A stretch of DNA of 64,000 nt, from assembly GCF_001194135.2 (NCBI RefSeq), contig NC_068987.1:14158726-14222725 (forward strand), in the 5' to 3' direction. Of this stretch, positions 51,315 to 64,000 are shown in pieces; within the stretch, counting starts at the first letter, position 1; the number at the start of each line of letters is the position of its first letter. Source of the DNA: Octopus bimaculoides (lineage: Eukaryota). The position numbers and the translations under genes were made by a program. The notes beneath the pieces were generated by a model, which had not been told where the DNA came from, made no database searches, and was given only the letters and a program-made list of their open reading frames with translations.

Positions 51315-52194
51315 AATATTATTTATATATATATACATATATATGGGAGAATTCACGAAAAAGCAACAGACGAAGACAGGTGGTGTAAACAACAAATGGA
51401 TGTATTAAAGGAACCCAAAAAGAAACAAAGAGAGAAAAAAATATATGTGTAGTGGTCAGTGATCTATCATGGCAAATGCCAGACAGAAGGATCACACATA
51501 CACACACACACACACTTCCATTAAAAGACTTGTTTGTATCAAATAACATTTCATAGAAAATGGCCTGCTGAATATTTCTTGTTTTTGCAGCATTTAACCA
51601 AAAAGTCACTGTCGCAGTGAAATTTAAATGTTGGATATGGCAATTTGTTGACAGGGTTCATTCCAACAAGGCTCTTCAGTATCACCAGAATTTATGTAAA
51701 CCAAAATTTGCAAACAAAATACTAGCATTCCATACTGTAAGGTCTTGACTTCATACACCTTGACTTAAGAGTTATTGAATCAGATGTGGAAGCTTATCTA
51801 GGTGGTTGCTCAATCTGCTAGAAACAGCAGTTGAATTCAACTCTCATCCTACTGTCTTACAAAAGGAAAGACACAACCAACAAATATAATTCCAAATCCT
51901 TAAAAGGACAAGATAGTCACTGCTGAAACCACTGATTATAGGTCTTTTTAACCAGAGCTGATCTGGGGGGTTAATAACAGCAATAACAAATACTGGGCAT
52001 TGTACCCCCTCCTTATCCACAAAGTTCAATTTTATTGAAAAATAGGTTATCATCATCCTATTGTATGTATGGTTATTGATTAAAAGGTTGAATAAGGGAA
52101 ATCTGCGTAAACAAGACATGCAAATCCCCACAAAATAAAAATGAAAATAGACATGTTCATCATGTGAATGCTAGCATTGAAAAGTAACTATTAA

Positions 52195-52414
52195 CCCTTT
52201 TGATACCAACCTGCCTGAGACTGTCCCTGAATTATACAAACTTCCTGTCTAATGTGATCTAAATGAAAACCTTCCTTCAAAATTTCATGTTAATTTATGT
52301 TCTAAACACCAGTTTATTAATGGCAATTATTTTACTGTACTAAAATCTTCATTATTTTCTAAGTCAATTGAAATAAAGGCAGTATATTTCATCAGTCACT
52401 TGTCAACAAAAGGG
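52195..52414. mobile_element. piggyBac-type MITE, family 2
   Basis: TTAA|CCCTTTTG...CAAAAGGG|TTAA with a different internal sequence from family 1. Confidence 0.7.
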
Positions 52415-52949
52415 TTAAACTAAAATTTGAAACAATATATAAAGGAACATAAATCTGTTCAACTCATTTTGCCAGTTTGACAAATGGTTCAACATCTATA
52501 TCGCTGTTGAAGGGGTTATTGATAAAAAAAAGTACATTCATTTATAGAACAAGCTTTCAATAAAATTCCTCTATTTTTTGAGGTGTCATTGTGATATTAA
52601 ATTCCTGATGTTTTTGTTGATTTCAGATTATTCTAAGGAATAACATTCTAAGGTGATCTCCCCATTATCTACTCTAAATATTATTTAGTTTGAACTCAGC
52701 ACTGTGAGCTATACAAAACACTAATTATGCTGCTTATGGTACATATCTATCACTTTGATGTATTTTGATAGGCTTAATTAGTTTCCTGGTTTAAAACCAC
52801 CATCTGTCCATCTGATGCCTTTGACAGAGCCCACTTTGTTACAAGAATTCTAACTAGACTTCAAGTCAGAGGATGTCAAGATCTTTCTCTAACCACCAAT
52901 CATGGATATTCTGAAATAAAAAGCATTTGTGAAACTCTTTCTCCTCTGA

Positions 52950-54620
52950 CACATTCTCGCTAGGAAGAAAAGAGCATATATGAAACACACATCCACATTC
53001 AAAAGACTTCTTATAAAGACCATCACTGAAACAGAAGAAAACTAACATTGAAGTGAAGGAACCAGCTACTCTTGTAAAGATAGAATATCATGTGAACTGC
53101 CTCCAACATATCACTCTTAAAGGCCATAAGCCCAGCTTTCTTTCCAACCCCAAATGCAGGTTTATCAGTCCTTCTAAGAGTGAGAAAGGCATTGTAAGTA
53201 AACTTAATCTGAATCCCATCAACACTGATATTAAAAGGGCCTCGGGGTTGATTCAGTGAGACTGCTGCACCACTGTTATTAACTGGGTCCTCAGCATTGA
53301 GAATAAAGCAAATCAACCTAATTTAATATTGTGGGTTTCTATCCTTCAATATCAAAATCCCTCCACCTGAAAGCCTTAAAACTTTATGAGATAATTAACT
53401 AGAATAAGCAACTTTGATAAGGGGATCATCTTGATCACTTGGAAATCACTCTTGTTTCACAATGATTCCTACTGTTTGATGTATCTAGGGGGAGTCATGA
53501 TAGGTTGAGGGTCACTGACCTTACTGGGTTATTTATCCTGAATATCCTTAAAAAAGAATTTAGAACTCCACAGTTCAGCCCTGTATGAGGCCATATGAAT
53601 ATCTATGCCATAGATAAGTTAAAGGAAAATTCTTGAAAACATCTTCAAAGAATTTGACCTAACAACTATTATTACAACTAAACAAAAAATCAACTTGCTA
53701 GATGTTGCCCTAGATCTCAAGTTGGGTAAGTACTACACTTATAGAAAGCCCAATGAGAAAACTGTATATGTCTATAGAAACTCTTACCACCTTTCAGCCG
53801 TAATTAGAAACCTAGTCACAAGCATCAATAGAAAAATCTATGCATTAGTGGACAGAGAAATGTTCAATAAGTTCTTTATCGCCAATAATGTCATGGTTAG
53901 CTACTTATGCTTAAATAATGACTTTCATTATTGCATGTTACAACAGAAAGAAACCTGCACAGCTTACAACAGAAAGAAACCTGTAGAGCCACCTTCACAC
54001 CATCTGATGGTATCAATACAGGCATAACAACTAATGATTTCAAGAGGTTTATGTAACACATGCACTCCTTCAGGTGTAAAGACAAAGAAAACTTCACCAC
54101 TTTATCTGGAGAGTAAGGATAAGGAAACGACTTTCCCCAAATCACATGGATTATCCTTGACAGAGTTCTTCCCTACTCACCTGGAGTTCATATTTGCCTT
54201 TGTGAGAAATTATATATACCACAACAATCTGCAGGAAAACTGATCTTATTGATGCATTCTGATTACAGATGTATTCAGATAACTTAAGATGATTACCCTA
54301 GTTCTAATTGGCCCATGCACAATTCCAAGGTGTACAATCTGTTTACTCATAGTGGGATTATTTCCCTTCTGTGTACTATTACCACGCAGTTAAGATTACA
54401 TCATGGAGCTATGCTTAACATGCAAACTGACAGGTAGTCTAACCCTACCAAACTGATCACCCTGCCATATGGTATGTCACTGAACGCCTAAATCATACAA
54501 ACTACTTGATACCAGCAGACTATTTGCTCTGACTCTGTACATCTGAGGACATAGGCATGTATCTACACCCACAAAACTTCAAGTAATGAGCAGCTGACTT
54601 AACTTGTTATTAAATACAAC
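52950..54620 (+). mobile_element. Decayed Penelope-like element (RT plus probable GIY-YIG remnant)
   Basis: ITLKGHKPSFLSNPKCRFISPSKSEKG (53053 ORF), FDVSRGSHD...GLFIL (~53495), LDVALDLKLGKYYTYRKPNEKTVYV..NSYHLSAVIRNL..SINRKI (53695 ORF). These are Penelope RT motifs in colinear order, with many stops and frameshifts. Boundaries approximate. Confidence 0.85.
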
Positions 54621-55339
54621 TCCAACTAAATGTGTTGGGTGCAATTATATTTCATTTATTCAAATACTTGCATACATGTGAGTGTGTGTTACATTCTGAA
54701 CATATATTCGCAACTATTTATAAATACAATTTACTTTGTTTTAAACATACAACATTTATCTTATAAAATAATATTCAACATTATCATAATGTTCAGTATC
54801 TAGAATACAAAAGACTGAATTTCTGGGTCAAAATTACAAATTTCTCTTTCTTTATGTACATTCAACTCAGCTATTTCCTTAGTGCTTTAGAGTTTGATCT
54901 TTTTTGTTTCCCCCCCATCATCTGTTTCTAATAAGGGTAGTCCATAACACAAGAGATGTACACTCAACAGGAGCCAATCCACTTTCACCATTGGTCCTAG
55001 ATCATGGAAACATACATCAACAGCCTCACTAAATGTAATACTGTATCTGGCTAGAACCTCGTTAATTTGGCAAATGTATATAAAAAGTTCCTCCTACATA
55101 AGGTTCTATAACTTTGGACTTTGATGGACCTAAACAGTCTTCTTATGTTCAGTCAATATTTTGATCCTTTAAATGAAATGGAATCTTCTATGATTTATAT
55201 TGAGACTGCTACCTCAAGCAATGTTGCTATGAGAAAATTGTTATGCCCAGGCATGGCTGTGTAGTTAAGTTTGCTTCCCAACTATGTTTCAATTTCACTA
55301 CATGATACTTTGCATGTCTTTTACTTGAGCCATGAGTTA

Positions 55340-55660
55340 ACCCAGTGGTCGCGATGAACTCCCTAGGGGTTGGTGAAGAATTACAGGGGGTCGGTGATAG
55401 CTTAGGGGTTGGCGTGCGAAAGACCAGCTCATCCAGATAAACTGCTTGAAATACTTAGTGCCATGCTCATTCTTCACATTGATGTTGTCAATTTCAATAA
55501 AAGATATTCCAGCAATATGTGCTTTTCACATTTTCTAACCATGAAAGCAATTTCATAAAAATTGAAACTTTAATACTGTTTACTCGTACACATAGTTTTA
55601 AATGTAAAAAGTGTGTCATCTTCAATAGAATTTCTTAATTTGTTGTACATGTATATTTTA
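55340..55660 (-). mobile_element. Decayed hAT transposase C-terminus and terminal region
   Basis: CAGTGGTCGCG terminal-like motif plus frameshifted residues resembling the D.R.ALS...LDELV...QPS* tail. Confidence 0.35.
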
Positions 55661-58599
55661 GCTAACATTTAAAATATGGTATGGTAGGGTAGGGTATTAA
55701 GATATTTTAAATGAGGAGGATGGTCGATGTAGAAGTGGCTAAAGGGGATCAATGGTTGAAAAAGTTTGGTAACCCTTGAGCTAACCAAAACCATGTGAGT
55801 GGATTTGGTAAAAAAAAAAAAAAAACTGAAAAAGCCTATGTGTATGTGTGTTAGTATCTCTTTGTCTTGACATAACATGATAATAATAAACGAGTGTCAC
55901 TCTCACATAAGGGATGTCATCCATTTCCAATCTTCTGTAAAAGCATGTCCTACCATGTTGAAATATTACCTTGCTTGTAAGATGAAGGTTGGTGAAGGAG
56001 AGCATTTGACTGGAGAAAATCTACCTCAATAAATTTCGTCCAAAGCATTCAAACATGGAAGAGTGGACATTAAAATCATGATGATGATTAATAATGTTTG
56101 TGTATGGACTTCTTTAAACACATGGACCTAAAGTGAAAAGAGAACCCAGAAATACGAGCTTATTAGAGAACTACTAATCCTCACGTTAATTTTTGTTATT
56201 CTTTGGCTTGTAAATTCTTCATCCATACAATGCAAGCTAATAAAGAAATTTCTGAGTAGCTACTTGACTGTCTCAGTATATCCACCAAATCTACCAACAA
56301 AGGAGTCACTATGTAGTTTCTCAATTTAAAAGTGGAATCTCCCACAATGTCTTAAAGATGGACACATTGCATCATGTAGTCCTAGATATACTACACTTAA
56401 AACAAATAAAGATAAGATCACAAGTTTGCTTGAAAGTAATTGACTTGGAACTAAACAACAAAAATCTCAGCAAATTACTAAAGGTGTTTAAATAGCAAAT
56501 TGCACATTCAAAGTCCCAACTATCAGGATTGCAGTGCAAAGATCGAATAACAAAAATGGAGAAGACATGATAACAGCTTGAACATAAACTTAATGTTTAA
56601 GATAATATGCTGGTATATCACAGGCAATGTGGTTATGTTATAGTAAGACAACATCCTCCTCCTTTATTTTCCTAATGTTTAAGATATGCACACTAATCTC
56701 ATAGATATCTTGTAACTGCAGCTTTGAACAGCATAACTTGTAAGTTGAAGCCTATAGGGTATTGTTCTGCTGTTCAACACCTGAATTAGATTTATATGGC
56801 AACAGGTATTGCTGTTTCATGGCAGTAAATTAACAGAGTTGTTAAAGCACCAGACAAAATACATTGTGGGATTTATTCTAATACCTTGGATTCTGAGTTC
56901 ATACCCTGCTAAGATCAACTTTTCCTTTCATCCTTCCAGGGTTGATAAATTAAATATTGGTCAAAGCATAGTAGAGTATTGGATGGGATGCTTTGCAGTG
57001 TTTGTTCTGAGTTCAAGTCTCTCTGGACCCTTTATAGGCAGAGCTACCTTAGCAGCATTATAGGCCCCTGGACAAGTCACTACACTGAACCCTATAGTAT
57101 TTATTTATTAACATCAAACCATATCATGCAAACTGGGCCCATGCCTTAAGATGGTTCTATATATGGGTGGTAGACTCAATCCATTGTCCAGTTTTTTGGG
57201 TGTCATTGGCTCACTCCACTCTATTACAAGCAGTCAGTCCTGGTTTCTGCCATAAAGATAGTATGCTCCCTCCTTGCCACTAGTTTCAAAGGTTTTGTCT
57301 GATTGTTGTCCTACTTTTAAGTTATTGTGCACATTTGTCATTCCATTACGGAGATTATCAGATCTGTCAGACAGACCGCCTTTTCCTCCTGACTAATGTA
57401 ATAATAAAAAGTGAACGACTGATGATAAAGTGTAGAGGAACATCTTTTAGATACGTTGACTTGTCATACAGCTAGCTGGATGTTGGGTACTTTTAGCAGG
57501 GTTCACTCTATTGTAAGCATTCAAATCAGATTCTTTGGTCCTCCTATCTGCCAACGTTTATCATTCATACGTTTAGGTTGAGTATCAACTGCATTAATCT
57601 CACCAGTCTGGGAATTGAGGAAGGGACAGCAAAGGTAATGGGCACTGATTATACATTTTTTTAATATTTTGAACCGAAGTCCACGTTATTAATCAATAAA
57701 TTATATTTCTGAGGAGAGAGAGAGAGAAAGGATAGTGTTCGTGATAGAATAATGTTCGACTACTAAGCCATAAACCTGTGGTATCCATTGTCACGTACGC
57801 TACATTGATATAATAGCCCAAATAATTCTTAAATGGTGCCACAGGGCCGAGCAGCACAAAACAGTGAGACGTCAGAGCATTATATTTGCCTGATTGTTGT
57901 TCTATTTTTAGGTTACGGTGCACGTTTGTACTCCGTCAGGGAGGTTATCAGATCTGCCAGACAGACTAACCTCAAAAATGCAACGCAAAGATAACGTTCT
58001 CAAGGATCCTTCAGCACAACAATGAGTTATAAGCTTCATATACATATACACTTAAAATTCCAGAGTACTGTGGAGTGACTAACTATTCATCATAAACTTC
58101 CATGTGCCAGAAACAGCTTATTAAATTAGCGGGTATGAAAATAAACCTATTGAATTACAGGGTTCTTTATTCTATGTGTCACACAGACGGGAAAGATTTT
58201 TTCCTCTCTCTGTAACTATGTCATAAATGCTAGTTGTGAGTACGGGAGGTGAAGTGGAATTTCTCTACCGATTTTTAACTACAAATAGTTGCATAGAGAG
58301 AGAGAAAGATAATTGATTGAGGACTAGTGTACATGTACTGCTGTACATATACACGCACATGTGTATGTACGTACACATACACAAACGTACATGATGAGAC
58401 AAACAGTACCACGTGTAAACATGTATATATAAATAAATATACGCATGTATCAAAACGGCTGTACACATGGTAGCGGCGTGATAAAAGTGCAGAAAACGGT
58501 GACTTGGAAATTATGGTACTCTTTTAATAAATTGTCTGGGAACTTACGATACATTAAGCAATGTATAAGTTAATAATTTCATTATTATATTCTTTTTCA

Positions 58600-58930
58600 G
58601 AATTTTGTTCGGAGCTCACTTTATTTTAAAATATTCTTTTATTAGTATGCCTTTAGGTGTTTAAAATAATTACTTTCACCGTTTCAGATAAATGAAAGAA
58701 AACACGCCCACCCTCTTTAAATAGTTTCTTCTTAGTCTATCTCACAGAAAGGGCGGTTCTTCTCCCATGTTAGGAAATGAAGCCATATCTTGAAAGAATA
58801 AACAGAAATAAATAAATAAAAAAAGAAATGAGAAAATGAGATAAGAAAAAAAAAGAAGTCCGGTTTGCAGCGTTACTGACCTTGACCGTTTTAGATTGGT
58901 GCCATCAGGACGTAGTTCTCTTGTGAAGCT
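58600..58930 (+). promoter_or_regulatory. GBE1 promoter/5' UTR region
   Basis: CpG-retaining segment with GC-box-like motifs (ACGCCCACCC, GGGCGG) directly upstream of the GBE1 ATG. Confidence 0.4.
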
Positions 58931-59037
58931 ATGGCACGAGGACAGGGTGAACAAGGCACTAAAATCGATTTCAAATTTGAACGACTCTTTGAATATGACT
59001 CTTACCTTAAGGGCTATGAAACTGAAATAAAAAGGAG
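58931..59037 (+). CDS. GBE1: 1,4-alpha-glucan branching enzyme, coding exon 1
   Basis: MARGQGEQGTKIDFKFERLFEYDSYLKGYETEIKRR resembles the GBE1 N-terminus (LLEIDPYLKPY...FQRR). Donor AG|GTGAGT, phase 2. Confidence 0.85.
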
Positions 59038-60221
59038 GTGAGTTTTCTTATTTATTTTCCTTTAGTAGATTCCGTTTTTTCTTGTTTCTATGGCCGTTTA
59101 TGTGTGTATTTATTAAAAAAAAACAAAAAAAAACAAAGCTGTTGCGGAATTTAGTTTACAATTGAGACTTACATTGTTAATCTATAATCAAAAATAAATT
59201 GAGTGCAACGTAATTCTTTAGGGGTCTACAACTGCTATAAATATGTTCAGAACGAAATAATAGATATGAACTGGTCTAAATTGGTGTATCGGTACAAGGG
59301 TATCTATCCGTTTTGAGAAATGCCCTTCATCGGAGACTTTATTAATATTTTTCATTTTTGTTATTTGCTTTTGGTTCGCCGTATCGGTTATATCTGGTGT
59401 CCATTTGTAGCCGAAAAACCTTATTTGTTTTGGGGTTTTTTAAGGTCAAGGTTATGTACAGGGACACCAACAGTATTCTGTCTGTGCCAAATATTTTTGT
59501 TGGGATAGCTTTTCCTTCAGATTTAGGGAAAATTGGCAACTGGTATGATCTTTAACTGAATGACTAGTTGCACCATTTTATAGCATTTAATAATAACATT
59601 AAAATCAAAAGTCGTCCTTCGATGTCCTTGTTTCAGTTTTCAAATATCGATTTCTTACATTACTACAAAATCTTGCGACGTAAATAAAGTGAAATAGTCA
59701 CAGGTAGGAATCGAAATCAGAGCGTGAACTCTGTTCACTTGGAGTTGGCAGAAAATCGATCGTTCTTTTGCAGTAAAAGAAATGAGATTGTGCTACTTTT
59801 ATACCTTTCCTAATAACATTAGTTTACATGAATGAAGCTAAATGGCTACAACCTTGAATCACACAAAACATCGTGAACTCTGCCGGTCGAAATTTTTATC
59901 ATCTTGCTATTATACATTTTTTACTTATCGTTATTAATTCTCCCTCTCCTACCATTTTTGCTTTGTTATCATAAGTTGAAATGTGATCAAATAGAATTTA
60001 GAAAACTTTATGATCTCTCACGGACATTCTGTAATAATTAGATGTTTACTCTGTATTATGATAAATGTCATAGTGACCTAATGTGGGTGTGTGTGGACGA
60101 AGACATGGCTGAAAGGTTAAGAAGTATGTTTCGCAAAAATGAGGTCCTGGGTTCTGTCTCGCCGCTTGACATCTTCACTGATCGTCTTTTTTATATATAT
60201 TTATTTATTTTCTCTCTCTCT

Positions 60222-60266
<45 letters not shown>

Positions 60267-60386
60267 TTTATTTAAAAGCAGCAGAAATATAACAAAAGAC
60301 TGTTACTCAGAGTTTCACGTTCCCGTTCATCGGACAGTTTTGTTAGAAATGGGAAAGGAATGACTGCGCATTTTATGTACTTACTC

Positions 60387-60430
<44 letters not shown>

Positions 60431-61471
60431 CTTCAGTCTGAACATTGTAAATGAAATAGTGTAGAAGTATGTCGCATGGATTGTACCTAGTTCAAAGACT
60501 CAATTTTGTGAGATTGATTCTGTCTGATAATTATGTTAAGAGTACCCGTGTCTTTTGAATACTCAACAACTAACATGTTCATTTAACGAGTGGTCACATC
60601 AGTTGATTGAACAACCACTGAATGCTCATCGTCGAAATTGACGGAGAATCCTTCACGGTTATATGTTAGGTTTATTCTCAACGTATCAAATCTCCGACTC
60701 GGGGTTCCGCTTCGCAACTAGTAACGCTCTATTTACGGTCAATTTTTACCAACTCGTCCCCACGCTTTTCACTAAACAATAGGCACCCCTAAAACATTTT
60801 AGGGGTAAGCATAATACCGTTTCAAGACATGGGCACACAGGGCAGTTGCTCAGGGCCTCACATGTCTAAGGGTCCAATTCTGATCTATTTATGCTTTGTT
60901 TACTCAGTATATATTATAGGGCCTGTAATGTTGTTAAGGCGGCCCTAGGTGAGCATAAATATCACATTTCACTAAAAGCCCTTAAACATTTAAATGAGTT
61001 ATTTCTATTAAAAAACACCACGCAAAATTGATTGTATTTTGTTCATTCAACAACCGTTTGATTTTCTTATTAACTATCATTCTATTTTGACATTTATCAA
61101 AACTTTCAATGATTTATAACCTGCTTGATTGACTGTTTGTCAGAATTTTCTTTTAACAATTCTTGCATAATTAAATAGAGTATATCAGTGATGTAATTTC
61201 CATGTGAACGTCAAACAGGAGTCTGCACTTAGCTGCTTATTCAATCAGAAATAACAGCTAAATCATACTTTATCGTATTTAAAATTTAAAAAAAAAAAAC
61301 ACTGTGAATGATATATTATATACATTATGTCTGAATAAAAAAAGAAAAAATGTCGAGTAATTTATATAGTCTCAAAACTTGTTTAGTGATGTTGCCAAAT
61401 TTCCATCCCCAAATTAACTAACATTTATAAAGTAGCGGCGTCATGTTTTGTCTTAATATCTGAGATGCATT

Positions 61472-61686
61472 AAGGCGACGAGCTGGCAGAAAGGTTAGCA
61501 CGCCGGGCGAAATGCTTAGTGGTATTTCATCTGTCTTTATGTTCAGAGTTCAAATTCTACCGAGGTCGACTTTGCCTTTCATCCTTTTGGGGTCGATAAA
61601 TTAAGTACCAATTGCGTACTGGGGTCGAACTAATCGACTGGGCCCCATCACCCCAAATTTCGGGCCTTGTGCCTAGAGCAGAAAAG
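61472..61686 (+). mobile_element. Full-length tRNA-derived SINE (family A) with a 17-bp TSD, in GBE1 intron 1
   Basis: Head AAGGCG.CGAGCTGGCAGAA (A box), GAGTTCAAATTC (B box), core CTTTGCCTTTCATCCTTT.GGGGTCGATAAA. TSD AATA(T/C)CTGAGATGCATT at 61455-61471 and 61687-61703. Confidence 0.88.
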
Positions 61687-63253
61687 AATACCTGAGATGC
61701 ATTGTTAACTAATTGTACTTTCGTGATGATATATTTTAAAATATCTAAATCTACAATTACAAGATGTATGATCTAGTGGTTAAGATTCCGAATTAACGAT
61801 CGTAGTGGAAGAAAGGAATTATCGAATGTATGCAACGCGAGCAAAAGCAGTCTGCTTTAATACTTCAGTTTATGTCGAGGAAAAAATGAGTCACCTGAAG
61901 AATATATTCTTGAATAGCAAATAGCCAGACCATCATATCTAGACTCACAGCCATTCTCAGGTGGTGAATAAATGTTAAACAAAACTCAATGTCTCTGCCT
62001 TACTGCGAGGGTCTGTCTAAGAAAATTTAGGGAATCTGGAAGTTCATTGTCGTCGTCGTCATGATGATGATGATGATGATCATCATCATCATCTTTGTTT
62101 TCATGTTCACTCTTTCATGCTTACATGGGTCAGATGGAATTTGTTGAGACAAATTCTCTGTGGTCTGATACTGTTCTTGTCATCAACCCTAACCTGTTTC
62201 AAGTAAAGTAACATTTCCCCATGGCTGGATATATTTTCATGGAAGTTTGTAAATGAAAGACATCACTTGTACGATAATGACACTCATTTACAACAATAAT
62301 GCGATGGCAAGACGAGACACCAACTCATTGCACACACAAATCATCATCATCATCAACATTGAATGTCTGTTTTCCATGCTGGCATAAGTTGGAAGGCTCG
62401 ATAGGAACTGGCAAGGCCAGGAGCAACACCAAGTTCCATAGTCTGTTTCAACTTGGTTTTTACGGCTGGATGTTCTTCCTGATGCCAACCACTTTACACA
62501 GTGTACTGGGTGCTTTTTACGTGGCACCAACACCCACACTTATGCTTTTTACATGATACTTTGGCTTTAGGATCTCAGTTCTGTTGTGGTGGGTGGGTCT
62601 TCTTGAGTACAGCAGTGTGTCACACATCTTGGTCTTCTATCATCTTCTTTGTAAGGGTCAGTGTTTTGAAATCGATTTTCAATACTTCATCCTTTGCACT
62701 AACGTAGGGGGTGGTCCGCTCTGGGCAGCACTTTTCGCCCTGTTGTAGGTTGTTGCTGTAGGCAGTATGTGTTTTTTTGTGGGGTCCGGGGGCGGCAAAT
62801 GGAAGGGCCACCCCAAGTGACACACACTCTAGCTACGTTAGTGATCTTATGTCTTTCTGGGTCTCCCTTTTTCGCAACTTTCCTCCACTGCAAGTGATCA
62901 GTACTTCTTTATGCATATAGATACATACATGATAGGCTTCTTTCAGTTTCCATCTACCAAATCTTCTCACAAGGCTTTGGTCAGCTCTTTAGCTCAGAGC
63001 TTTAGGAGAAGACACTTGCCCAAGGTACTATTCTGTGGGATTGAACTTAGAACCAAGTAGTTGGGAAGCGAGCTAACAACCACACAACCAGCCATAAAAT
63101 AATGCCTGAATCAATGTTCATTCATAACTATGCTAGCATTGAGATATGGACTTAAAAAACAAACAAACTGAATGATGTAAATGAATGTGATGCCTCTGTT
63201 CATCCATACTAATTTGTACATAGCTAATAAACTGATTCTTTTGAAATTATCAG

Positions 63254-63423
63254 GGCTAAAATCCTTCAAGAAACAGTTGAAGGAATATCTAAAAATGAAG
63301 GAAGCCTTGATGAATTTGGTTTAGGATTCAAAAAATATGGAGTCCACGTTAAAGATGACAACAGTGTTGAATGGCTCGAATGGGCTCCAGGGGCAAAAGG
63401 AATGTATTTACGTGGTGAATTTA
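63254..63423 (+). CDS. GBE1: 1,4-alpha-glucan branching enzyme, coding exon 2 (gene continues beyond the window)
   Basis: Acceptor ttatcag, donor A|GTAAGT, 170 nt. ...NEGSLDEFGLGFKKYGVH...EWAPGAKGMYLRGEF(N) is the conserved CBM48-entry motif EWAPGA..V.L.GDFN. Phase 2 matches exon 1. Confidence 0.92.
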
Positions 63424-63793
63424 GTAAGTATACGACTTTATTTATTTACCTTTTGCCTGCTCCCTTCTCAATCAAAACTTGCTAAATATGCTTGGGTTCC
63501 ACCCAACATTATAGCCTTTAACATTTCGGTACATTTAGTATTGTTCAGGACGTATTTGTCTGGCTCATATCTCCAACCAAAGTTAGTTTGTGTATGTGTG
63601 TGAGTTATGCTGCAGACATGGCTGTGCGGTTAGGATGTTCATGTGGCTTCAGGTTCAGTCCCACCGCACTGCATGCTCACTTGGGCATATGTCTACGACT
63701 ATAATCTTGGGCCAACTGATGACTTATAAGTGGACTTGGTAGATGAAAACTGTATGGGAACTCTGAATGTGTGTGTGTGTGTGTGTATGTACA

Positions 63794-64000
63794 GGGGCTT
63801 TCCTATAAGTAGGTTATCTCCCTTGGCTAGGCGGCGCTCCATGTAGACAATTAAACTTACGCAGACTATCCACGCTATTGTTATTGTTTTACGTCTTATC
63901 ATGGATATAAAGCAGCTCGATGATTCAGCTATCGAAGTACTTACTGTGCCTGAGTTAAAGAAATATTTAAGATTATATGGACAGTATGTTACTGGAAGAA
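63794..64000 (+). mobile_element. 5' end of an unidentified young element with a SAP-domain ORF starting at 63901
   Basis: The first ~125 bp are nearly identical to 45798-45918. ORF MDIKQLDDSAIEVLTVPELKKYLRLYGQYVTGR runs off the window. Confidence 0.55.

Noticed and set aside
53023-53316. 97-aa minus-strand ORF with exon-like donor and acceptor signals
   Set aside because: It is the antisense shadow of the Penelope RT motif ITLKGHKPSFLSNPKCRFISPSKSE on the plus strand.
54900-55140. Candidate minus-strand exon
   Set aside because: All three frames stop before a usable donor; probably old repeat sequence.
61472-61560. tRNA gene
   Set aside because: A and B boxes are present but there is no cloverleaf; it is the head of a SINE with a TSD.

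Overview
AT-rich, intron- and repeat-rich eukaryotic (animal) genomic DNA with eight N-gaps, most of them next to (TA)n or poly-A tracts. The SINE/MITE repertoire and TTAGGG-type repeats suggest a cephalopod mollusc such as Octopus; this is an inference. Nothing is prokaryotic: there is no CRISPR array, rRNA or bona fide tRNA gene. The ORF track is mostly noise, and the real genes have to be assembled from GT-AG exons. I reconstructed three with consistent splice phases. (1) A TMEM263-like gene on the minus strand, 3 coding exons, 113 aa, spanning 31858 to 1094. (2) A head-to-head alpha/beta-hydrolase-fold gene on the plus strand, 7 exons, about 309 aa, 32007-51314, whose catalytic motifs appear lost (GHGTG instead of GHSxG). 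(3) The first two coding exons of glycogen branching enzyme GBE1, from 58931. Introns and the intergenic region hold tRNA-derived SINEs, RTE-type LINE fragments (one with a PHD finger inside the RT), piggyBac- and hAT-type MITEs, a Helitron fragment, a decayed Penelope element and a probable solo LTR. The most unusual items are a TSD-flanked 315-bp palindrome carrying two minimal hammerhead-ribozyme motifs, a foldback MITE with a 9-bp TSD built on telomeric repeats, and a young repeat leading into a SAP-domain ORF at the window end.
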